Assembly: GCA_012295275.1 (NCBI GenBank)
Contig: CM022665.1
Coordinates: forward strand, 19,964,001 to 20,028,000
Length of the DNA: 64,000 bases
Source of the DNA: Chrysomallon squamiferum
Taxonomy: Eukaryota > Animalia > Mollusca
Direction of reading: 5' to 3'
Under the pieces are notes generated by a model, which was given only the letters and a program-made list of their open reading frames with translations, was not told the origin of the DNA and made no database searches. Both the position numbers and the translations under genes were made by a program. Positions 14,186-64,000 of this stretch are shown in pieces. The first letter of the stretch is position 1. Each line of letters begins with the position of its first letter.

Positions 14186-14929
14186 TTTTCAATAACAAAA
14201 AAATTTTTTTTTTTTTTTAAATAAAAATCACCTCTAGTTAAAAAGGTAAAAACAAAACAAAAAATAATTATAATAAAATTCAACAATTTATTCAATAAAT
14301 TATTTATCCTCACATTAAACAGACATGCACACACGCACACGCTATCTCCGTCTCTTCTGTCCCCCATAAAATGTACGACGTTGCGTGAGAGCAGACTGTT
14401 TTGTGACGTCACGGAGTTTTCAACTGACTGGGAGAGAGGCTATCTACATTCGTAATGAACGTGGTCCTGGGTAAACACTGTAAAAATGGAAATCGTACTC
14501 TAGTTAAACCTCGCACCTTCTCTCTGCTTGCCGAGACAGGCCGCCTGCATAATGAGAGTCGAGTTACACACACAGTTTCAAACAGTGGTGCCCGGGGATC
14601 GTTGCGATTCCCGTCCCTGGGGGTCATGATGTGTCCTCACCCCTTTAACAATCCACCCGGTCTTTTTTTTTTTTTTTTTTTTTTTTCGGTGTTGAGTTTG
14701 AAGCTGCGGAGATAGACAGCGGATTACAAAATTCTTTACGTCATTGTTTACACTATGATTGTTCTGGATATACTAATGTCTGTTAGAGATGATCGCAGAA
14801 TTGATACGTTTATCATTTTATTGCTGAAATAAAACGTTTGGAATGGGAAATTCATGGGGTGGATAATAATAATAATAATTAAAAAAAATATTCTAAGGAT
14901 TTGTTGTGAAAAAGTGTGTGATATAGTTG

Positions 14930-53379
<38,450 letters not shown>

Positions 53380-54065
53380 CGCAACAACTGACATAATACT
53401 ATGACGTCAACAGTGACGTGATAATGAAACCACAATAATATCTCGATGGCAACAGTATTTCAAATTAGTCATCTAACGTTATGGCTGTTATGATTTTTAT
53501 AAAATCAGGTAAAGTCATTGTAAATATGTGTTAATACAAACTTGATCTTGTCTCGTTTGTGTTGAAATTAGTTAAAACTGAAATTTACAGAGAAAACTTA
53601 AAATATTATATTCTAGATGAAACCGGAGTTTCTTATAAACATGAAATCATCAGGACTTGAACAGCTTACCAAGGTGCTATGATACTATTTCACGTGAAAA
53701 CCCGAGGCGAGGCACTTGTAAAACAAACATTTAAACAGGTCGTGCCTTGAACTGTTTTCTTTCTCGGTGTGTTCGTGAAGGAATGTGCACTAGTCCCTGT
53801 GGGGCGGGAATTAAAAACATTACGTCATCATCCAATATTACGTCATTTTCACCATTGTCTTATACGTCATTTGCATAATGCCAAAGAAGGAATGTCGATT
53901 GTGTTTGACTGTGTAATTAATTATTGTCTATTAAATGAATAGGTTTTACACACGTTTACAAATTGTTTCTAATTCTGAGTTTTTCTTACACACATCGCTA
54001 TTTATTAAAATCTTTTAAACTACCTTTCCCTATATACAAAGTGACGTCACAAAAAACACACCCAC

Positions 54066-54103
<38 letters not shown>

Positions 54104-54709
54104 AACAAATAAAGAACGAATAAATGGAAGAAAGAAGGAATAAATGAAAGAATGAAAGAAAGAATAGATGAAAGAAAAAATATAAATGGAGGAAAACGAT
54201 AGATATCATGAAATAAATAAATAAATAAATAAATATATAAATAAGGAAAACGATAGAAATCGTGAAATAAATAAATAAATAAATAAATAAATAAGGAAAA
54301 CGACAGAAATCGTGAAATAAATAAATAAATAAATGGAAAAAAAGAAACAAAGAGTGAAAGTAACATACGTTTACACGGAGAAATTACGAAAACTAGTAAA
54401 TATATAATTTTATGTTTTATACTTTTATAACAATGTTTACTTATTTTTAATAAAAAAAAAATATATTTATACTAAATTGTCGTTTTAAACTAAATAAATA
54501 TACGAAAAATTATCAATAAATAAATAACATTATTGTTATTGTTATTATTATTATTATTTACATTCAGTTTCAAATGAAGTAGAAGAAATTACGATTATAT
54601 GTAAATATACAAGAAATGAAAACACAAATATAACTTTTATTTATGTATTATTTTTTGTATCTGTTTTAAAACAACTCCGAGCTTTCTGAAAATATTCTTT
54701 ACAAAACTA

Positions 54710-54744
<35 letters not shown>

Positions 54745-55219
54745 ATATCAGAAACAAATTAGGTAAAAAAAAATTTAAATAAGAGTAAACTAATTAAAAT
54801 TAAAATAAATTACTGAACAGACGAAAATAAATAAATAAATAAAAAATATGAATGAATGAATAACTACCTAAATACAAATAAACAAAGAGTTATCACACAC
54901 TGACACTATGTAAGAATTTTTATCTATGATGGTATTAAACTAAAGTCTATTGACTCATACACGGACACTTGGCTTCTCTCTCAGTGTCAAGTACACTGAT
55001 AAACGGGTTCAGATCTACCCGAACACGTCAACGACTTAACCCCGGGTCACACATTTGGACAGTAGGCGAGGATTAACGGAGGAATGCCCGTCTATCGGCA
55101 AGTGTCGACTTTAATATTTCATTTATTTTGACAAATGGGCTAATTTCCCTGCTAGATTGCTTACAGCTGTTCAGGTCATTCGAAACAAGTGAGCTACGCG
55201 AATACTCACAGGTACTCAC

Positions 55220-55268
<49 letters not shown>

Positions 55269-55499
55269 GTAATAATAATAATAATAATAATAATATATAG
55301 TAGTAGTAGTAGTAGAAGAAGTAGTATAGTAGGAGTTGCAATAGTAGTAGTAGAAGTAGTAGCGGTAATAGTTGTAGAAGTGATAGTGGTAATGATCTAT
55401 TGTAGTAGTGGTGGTGGTGATAGTAGTTGCGGTACTAGCAACAGTAGTAGTGGTCATAGTAATAGTGGTAGTAGTGGAAGTAGTAGTAGTAGCAGAAGC

Positions 55500-55846
55500 A
55501 GTAGTAGTAGTAGTAGTACCATTAGTAATAGGAAGAGCAAGTAAAAAGGGTATGAGTGAACAATATATCCAGTATTTCATATATATATTTAAAGGCTATA
55601 AAACAGTGACAGTGAATATTTATTTATATTCTACATGCGAGTTGAAAAAGAAACGTCGGGTTAACTCAGACAGGTTCAGACATTCTGTTTAATATATTTT
55701 ATTTTATCAGGAATACAGTGAATATTTAAATAATAAATAAGATAGGTACTCTTAATTTTTTTTCGTTTTCTTTTATTATTTCTTTATTTATTTATTGTCA
55801 TGAATTTAAACGACTGTAAAAGCAGGTCATTCTCGGTAGTGATATA
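55500..55846 (-). mobile_element. dispersed ~350 bp repeat, copy B (inverted relative to copy A)
   Basis: Reverse complement of 23039-23390. The ORF track shows the same pseudo-peptide MKYWIYCSLIPFLLALP at both loci on opposite strands. Confidence 0.7.
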
Positions 55847-56565
55847 ATCACTATGAACTGTGATAAAAAAAAAAAAATAAAAAAAAAATAAAATAAAATA
55901 AAAAATAAAAATAAAAATAAGAACTCTAAAACGAATAAAAAGAAAAATGAAAATTCAGCTTATTTATTCTCTTTATCTAAATGTTTTCCAGTGCGGCAGA
56001 TGAACTCGGCTTTAACTTCGGACCATTGTCGCATTGCCACTAAGGATCCGGAAATTTTCCCCTCGCTCATCTTCAGTGACATTATGTGGTGACGAAAATC
56101 TTTTCAAATTACTCAGAAAAGACGTTTGCCCATCTCTCTGTTACGGTAACGAGATAATTTAGGTTTAATGTCGTGAAAACACGAAAATGCAATTTCCCGC
56201 CTCTTGTGTCCGACTCGCTTCCTGTGAGCGTCAGCTTAGCGAAATATGCGATCGTCTTTTTATCAGCTGAAGGAATTTCCGCTCCAAGTGGAGAATTAAA
56301 ACAATTTTCAAATTTTCTCAAAATTACCACTTCCACAAAATAAAACCACTAAAGATGTTTTCTTCGCGTCCTACGAGTGAATTTTATTACAAGTTTTAGA
56401 AATACACTCACAACATAAACAAATTCCCCCAAATCCATAGTTCACTGTCGAATTGGCTGTTAATCTGAAAATACCAAACGGAACCATTAGCTTTCTTCTT
56501 CTTTTCTTAATCATTTTTTTTTTTATTTATTTATTTCTTTAACATTTTTACTGAGAATGTATTAC

Positions 56566-56617
<52 letters not shown>

Positions 56618-56734
56618 TGCAATTAATATATAAATAAATAATAAAACTAGTAGCAATAACACCGAGAACACCTCTACTGCTACTGCTATGTCTTCTATCA
56701 CTCCTTCTCGTCCTCCTACTACTACTATTGCCAC

Positions 56735-56774
<40 letters not shown>

Positions 56775-56923
56775 CAGAAGAAGAAGAAGAAAAAGAAGAA
56801 GAAGAAAATGCTATCATCAGCATAAAAATAATCATCATCATCATCATCATTATCTGTATTGTTATTTATTATTATAATAATTATTATTGCTGTTATTGTT
56901 ACTATCAATGTTGTCATTAATAC

Positions 56924-56970
<47 letters not shown>

Positions 56971-57506
56971 GCGTCTTGCTTGTATAAATAAAAACTTTCT
57001 GTGATCAAAACTAATGGACTAAGGGTAAAGCAAGGCAATACATGTACATTAATGAGCTTCATTACATGTGACGTCAGAACTTAACTAGATGAAAAGCGCC
57101 CCCGCCTTGTCTGAATCAATTTACGAAGGGGAGGTCACTACGTATAGATAAAACCCACACTTGATATCCTTGTTTCCATCACTCGACATTATTTACTGCT
57201 TCTTTGTTTTCTGTGGGAATTTATGTAATTAGGGTTTTTTTCTGACACGAGAAGAATTGGTTAGGGGTGGGGCGATCATATTAGATGCAGCAGTTCGAAT
57301 ACCTCCACCCCTTACGTAATTCATTACACTATTGTTGTTGGTTTTTTTGTTGTTTTTTAAACGTTAAACCTTTTATCACAAGGACTTCAATATAATAAGT
57401 ACTTATAAAAGAAATAAGTAATTAAGTAAGTAAGGAAATAAATAAATAAACAGATAAATAAATAGGTAAATTAGGTAAGTGAATAAATAAATAAAATGTA
57501 TATGAA

Positions 57507-57557
<51 letters not shown>

Positions 57558-58228
57558 TAATAAATAAATAAATTAATTAATTAATTAATTAATTAATTAA
57601 TTAATTAATAAATAAATAAAGTAAAAGCTATATAAATAAATTATGTAGGCCTTTGGAGATGTGTCAATTCGAAGCAATAATAACATTAATAATTTCGTAC
57701 AGAAATGTAAATACATATCTTCATAAGCACATTTATTTATTAACTGAATAACGACTGTTACTAAAATATACCTTGCATAGAATGGAATGACCAAAATAAA
57801 ATTTGCCGATGTTTTTACAATATTCCAACGATGAAATATATTTCTCATTCAGATGTAAATAGATGTAAAAATGGATGCAGAAAAAAAAAAAGAAAAAAAA
57901 ATACGCGTTTTTGATGTTACCGCAATATTCCGTCATTTTGAACTAAATTTGGCGGCGACTCTCGTTCGATGACTGCGACACAAAGTAAATTGGTTAAGTT
58001 GAGTCATCCGCGTGCTCTTCGATCCCAGCAAGACATCAAAGCCGCAGATTTTGTTTAATTGATCCAATTTGCCACGAAAAATCATCTCCTCGCCCTTGTG
58101 TTAATTGTCGAAATCGCCCAGTGACTCTGTACCAGTCGACTGGAAGTTACACATATTATACTGAGCAGTTCATGTGTGTGTATTTAATGTACAATGTCAG
58201 ATCTTGTGTCAGCCTTACGTACACCCTA

Positions 58229-58266
<38 letters not shown>

Positions 58267-59367
58267 GAAAAAGAAGATGAAGAAGAAGACCAAGAAGAAA
58301 AAGAACGTGCAAGTTACTTAATAGTATATAAAATACAAAAATAATATATAAAATAAAAATAAATAAATTGAAACAGATTAAAACGTACTTGAAGAAGAAG
58401 AAGAAAAACAACAACATTAATAATAATGACGATAATAACACCGTAAAAAAAAAAAAAAAAACGTACGTATGCACATACATACACAATTACACACAAACAT
58501 ACATACACGCATACAAAGAGACAATCATACAGATATTCACTGAGATAAACACAAAAATCTCTGAATAGAAAAAGCAAAAAAAAAAAAGAAGAAAAATGTC
58601 CACGTAGATTTTTTTATTTAACCCTAGACTCAGGAAGTTTTCATAGATGGAGCTGTGACGACATAAAGGAAGGTAATAAAAAAAACTAATCAGTTTCATT
58701 TCTGGTGATCTTTGTTCTCGCTGTTAAGTTATGTTATGACTCTGTCTCATAATGTTGTAATTATTTCCATATTAGTCTCGTCTGATATTTCTTCACAGTG
58801 TTTTCATTTAATTAGACTAGAAAAAGACTTAATCCAATAACCGAGGGCAGGATCAACACACAGGCAATCCGTTCTATATTGGCAGAGCCTACTTCACGCC
58901 TGGCCGTCACTAATTGACCCTAAACAAGTTTGTAGTATCTAAATAACTCGCAGGAAGTCCTTTAAAGACCTTTATGCAGATTTGCGATCGGGTCTCAGCG
59001 AGACCGGAAATGTGCTGTCAAAAAGAGATGCTGGGCCTGCGCATTATGGGAACGCTGGCGTCATATTCGCTTTGTGCCGAACTTCTCTTTATTACTTCCG
59101 GTTTGCGGAAGTCTTCATTGTCATCGGAGCTTTCTTGCTTTTAACACATTACTTGGATATCGCGCCGAGGAAGACGGCAAATGACGACTATTATTCGGCA
59201 TTTTGCTGCGAATTAAGCTGATAACACATTTTTGATTTGTCTCGAAAGGCAGTCAGCGAAAAAACGTAATCCATTTAAGATGGCGAAAAAAATCTGCTTC
59301 ATCAAGGAATGTCTTTTTAATTAACATTTGCGCGTTAAAAGTTAATTAATTTCATTAATGTTAGTAT

Positions 59368-59447
<80 letters not shown>

Positions 59448-60044
59448 GTATATCATACAGTTGTTTTACAACATTTGTTAAATACAGCCGAGTATTTCCT
59501 ACATAATCCACTGGTTGTGTTTTAATCTATTCAGTGGTTCTGGGTGCACGTTTAAGATTTTCAAACAAATCGTCTACCTCTAAAGTTTCACTTTGATCCA
59601 CACAGCAAACATTTGTCTAATTGTTGTAAAAAGCAATCGCAGTGGTTCTGCAGCAGCAGGAGTATTGAAATGTGTCCCACCGACTTTGATCACAGAAACA
59701 CGAGCTGTGAACAGAGAGAAAAGTGACAAACGAGAGAGTGAGAAATCTGATACACGTGTAAGTAATGAAACTGTCAGATCAGTTTGTTCAGATATGTAGC
59801 AGTGAAAATACAAATTTCACTCTGTTGTGTTCAGCCGACATCAGGTAACAAAACGAATGTGTAATTATTACATTTAACAATTAACAAAATGTCTGTATTA
59901 AATACTTTTACAGTAATAAATATTTTTATTTTACGAATAACATTTATATTAAATATTTTTATTTTACGAATAACATTTATATTAAATATTTCTACATTTT
60001 ATAGTTAAAAAATATTTTAATTAAACAGTTAACAAAATGTCTTA

Positions 60045-60081
<37 letters not shown>

Positions 60082-61426
60082 TACATTCTACAGATAACGT
60101 AGCAGATGTTAGCGTACCGCAACTAGACAAAGGTACTGGATTTTTCAGTGGATGATAAAAGTAATACATCTCCTCTACATTTCTGGGGTTCATTCAAATT
60201 CACTTTTCTGTTTAATATAGAGGGATTCTTGAACAGTGTTTTTGTAATTGAATAATATGTAATATATTTAAAACTGTGTCTCCAAGTACGTCTGTGACGA
60301 TGTACGTACTGAAGTACGTCTGACGTACGATGTTGAAATTGTGTTCAGTATTGTAAAACGAACAATTTTTTTTCTTCCTTTTTTTAATTTTTTTTTTTTT
60401 ATACTTTCCGTTTTCTGTTTATTTTAAATAATAACAATAATAATACTAACATTATGTTAAGTAATTTAAATAATAAAGAACGTTGAGTTAAACTTAAAAT
60501 TGTTTATTATTAAGAATTGTTTTGTATTTTAGTATCTTAAAGAGCATTTGTGAGTGTATACGTTTGTGCATTTGCGATCGCGTGTATTGATATACGTAAC
60601 GTGTATATTTCGATAGAAAACAGAAAAGAAATTATGTGAAAATGTTTTATTAACTTCTTTAACTAATCTGGTTATCTATAACTGAATAGTGTTTAATATA
60701 TATATAATATATATTAAACGAAATACAAACTAATAATAATAATAAAAAAAAAAAAATAATATTATTATTATTATTATAATAAAACAAAACAAAGAAATAA
60801 TACAGAAACTTCAAAAGTGAAATATATATAAAAGAAAGAGAAAAAAAAAAAAAAAAAAAAAAAGAGAGAGACAAAAAAAAAAAAAAAAAACAGAAAGAGA
60901 TCGTAGTGGAAAATTATTAATAAATGACAAGTTTACAAGTGAATTAAATTTCATGACCTCTGACCTGGGTGTTTCATACATACAGTACTAAACAACGTCA
61001 TGAGTCAGATATGCACTAATTATTCTGTTTATAGACGGGTGTAGTGATTTATTAACTGTCTGTTGAAAAGGGCGTGCCCCTCAGTATTTCTAAAATAACA
61101 TAACGATGCATTTATCTGTTAAATTCAGACACATAAATATTCATATTTTATATGAATTTCGTTTAATAAAAATCATACCTATAATTTGTATAAGAAATAT
61201 TTATATGAATAGACTGTAAAAAACTACTTTAATATTATATTTAAAACTATAAAAAGTCTATATAGAAGCTACAGTGTAAAAAAAAAAAAAAAAAAAAACA
61301 ACAACTAGAAATACATAAATAAAAATAAAATCGTAAATATAATAAAATAATAACACTACTACTATTGCTGCTGCTACTACTACTAATGATGTACTAATAA
61401 TGATTATAGTAATAACAGTATTAGTA

Positions 61427-61472
<46 letters not shown>

Positions 61473-61502
61473 CAACAACAGCAACAACAATAGCAACAAC
61501 AA

Positions 61503-61534
<32 letters not shown>

Positions 61535-61789
61535 AATAATAGCAGCAATAAAAAAACAACACCAAAAAAAAAAAAAAAAAAAAAAAATAAATAAGACCAA
61601 TAATTATATTATCAATAATATACAAAGTATGCACAACAAAAATATCCTGATAATACTTATAAGTTTATGAAGTATTTACAATTTGATTACTTTAGATATA
61701 CTACTGTGAAGAGGAAGGACACAAGCCAGAAGCCAAAACTCTTCCGCTTCATTCTAAATAATAATCAGTATGACAAATATAAGACAAAA

Positions 61790-61950
61790 CAATCCCAGCA
61801 TGCAATGTTATAGTTAGTTTAAAAGCATCTCTGCAAATTACATACAAATTATGGTGTATCTATCCCAGCATGCAGTGTTATTGTAACATTTTAAAGAGCA
61901 TCTCTGCAAATTATGCTCAAACCAAAGTGTATCTATCCCAGCATGCAATG
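61790..61950. repeat. ~70 bp tandem repeat (2.3 units) downstream of the HLCS stop
   Basis: atcccagcatgca(a/g)tg occurs three times and agcatctctgcaaatta twice. Confidence 0.8.
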
Positions 61951-62003
61951 CTAATTATTAGTGAAAAGTGAGATTAAGTGAGATTTAAAATGATCTAAAT
62001 ACA

Positions 62004-62036
<33 letters not shown>

Positions 62037-62607
62037 TCAAAATGCCTTCATAAGACATCGTATCCGATTCTTATTTCACAACATTTACTTTTTTCACAAA
62101 CAGTTTTACGACTAAATATTACAGTTCAGATATTTACACACTTGTATTGTACACTCACTGGATTTATAAATAATAAACAACACTAAAATTTTATTTCATT
62201 ATCTGAACAACAACAAGAAAACAAAAATACTTTTTAGATTTAAGAATCGACAGAGAAGCATGTATGTGAATTATGTACAATAATTATTTTTTAAATTATT
62301 GTTTTAAATTTGTTTTTAAACTGTTTAATTCTTTAAATGGAACAAGCTCACAGTCAGATAACATTATGAAGACTTACTGTGAGTAAATTAATTACATTAT
62401 CACTGGTGAGCATGAGCATCTGCTCACAACAAATCATACCAGATGATAAACATTTGTAAATTACATAACTGAATCACTTGTTTTACAAGTCTGGTAACAC
62501 AGTTACAGTTTCCAGATAATTAAAAAACTAATATTTAGCATGTCTGTATGTTTCACTATTATGAAGCCAAATACATTACTTTTTGATCTGATTAAAATAA
62601 ACATAGT

Positions 62608-62779
62608 TTATTTTCTCTTGATTGAGATAAGGTTGTGCATCATGTCAAATGTGTTACCATTAGGCTGTACACTGACAGTCTGTCCATCATCTGTCTGTAC
62701 CTGCAGAAAACCAAACTCATCAAGTCCACAGACAGTCACCTCCTTACCTCCCTCACTCTCCAGTCGAACTTTGACCCCA
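62608..62779 (-). CDS. HLCS: holocarboxylase synthetase (biotin-protein ligase), last coding exon; remainder of gene lies beyond the window
   Basis: Minus strand ttttttcag|(S)GVKVRLESEGGKEVTVCGLDEFGFLQVQTDDGQTVSVQPNGNTFDMMHNLISIKRK*. This matches the recalled HLCS C-terminal SH3-like domain (human ...IVGLDDSGFLQV...[22 protein letters not shown]). Confidence 0.92.
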
Positions 62780-63050
62780 CTGAAAAAAAGTAAGAAAAAA
62801 AGAAGACTCATCTATATTGTAATTCTAGAAATAACTACTTAACAGGATACTTTTTGGTTAACATTTTAACTGTAATTTCTGCTATGTGATATACAGAGCT
62901 GCAAGGTAACTATATATGTGATTTATAAAAACAACAACAACAACAAACAAAACAATAACAGGAAAAAAAAACAACAACAAATAAATGACAATCAAAAAAA
63001 CAAGAGAAACAAAAATAAAAAGCTGCCTCTCTCTTTGTGTGTGTCCCATT

Positions 63051-63119
<69 letters not shown>

Positions 63120-63399
63120 ATAACAAGAAATAAATTACAAATAAAAATATAAAACGTACAAAGGGAGAAGTACAACTCGGCAAACTGTATTTGAAAGAGT
63201 AAGAAGAGATGTGTTTGAAGAGAGGACACTGCTCTACTTTGTTCTCTTTCAGTGACAACTGATCACGAAGCAGAGTGACTGCTAACAAGGTGAAAGACAA
63301 ACACCAGGGTAATGTATACAGCGCAGCGTTCAGACAGCATGGAGCCTGTCATTGTAGCCACAGCACTGGCGTATGTAGAGCATCAAAACACAGGTCACT

Positions 63400-64000
63400 A
63401 GTATTTACATTAGTTCATACTAATACTGCTTATATGACATCAGCGTTCATACACTATTCATAGTTATAGACTGCTTATAGACTAGTGTGTTCATACATTT
63501 TCCAGTTATAGAATGCCTGTATATCAATGTGCTCATACACTGTTTATACAGATTTATACTACTTATAAATCAGTGATCATACACAATCAGTGTGTTCATA
63601 CACTGTTCTCTTACTGCTTATGTATCATTGTGTTCATACACTGTCCATATAGTGTAAGTTACAGACTGATTGTATATCAGTGTGTTGATACTGTTCTCAG
63701 TAGGTTCATGTTGTTCATACACTTATAATTATATACAGCGTATACAACATCAGTTTGTACATACAACAATGTTCATACAGCATCAGTATCTTTATACACC
63801 TTCAGTTTGTTCATACACAGTTCATGCAGTATCAGTTTGTTCAAACCATTACAGTTACACACTATTTATACATCAGTTTGTTCATACATTGTTTATACCA
63901 TTGTAGATTGCTTATGCAATTCATATTCTGTTCATAGAGTTATGTGATATCAGTGAGTTCATAGACTGTTCATATAGTTATACAATAGAATATCAGGGTA
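63400..64000. repeat. degenerate minisatellite in an HLCS intron
   Basis: atcagt(t/g)tgttcatacac recurs to the window end. Confidence 0.75.

Noticed and set aside
62540-62842. Plus-strand 100-aa ORF
   Set aside because: It is the antisense shadow of the HLCS terminal exon.

Overview
Eukaryotic (animal) genomic DNA: very AT-rich, full of microsatellites and degenerate minisatellites, probably an invertebrate and plausibly a mollusc or other spiralian (inference only). Most entries in the ORF track are simple-repeat artefacts. The window holds one complete + strand single-minded (sim) bHLH-PAS gene with 9 coding exons (15348-15522, 37100-37176, 41287-41376, 41793-41901, 43523-43608, 44457-44656, 47138-47244, 50930-51077, 52059-53379). 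All introns are GT-AG and all phases are consistent, giving 2313 nt = 770 aa plus stop, and there is a probable 5' non-coding exon at 11335-11400. At the right end lies the last coding exon of holocarboxylase synthetase (HLCS) on the - strand, tail-to-tail with sim as in human SIM2-HLCS. Main points worth checking: (i) the sim-HLCS linkage; (ii) tandem duplications of the 3' ends of exons 3 and 4 that create arrays of extra splice donors, each giving a premature stop if used; (iii) a splice-created uORF whose stop overlaps the sim AUG; (iv) an inverted pair of a ~350 bp SINE-like element; (v) many motif-dense GC-richer islands, including a promoter-like island between the two convergent 3' ends. 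No prokaryote-type systems, RNA genes or CRISPR arrays were seen.
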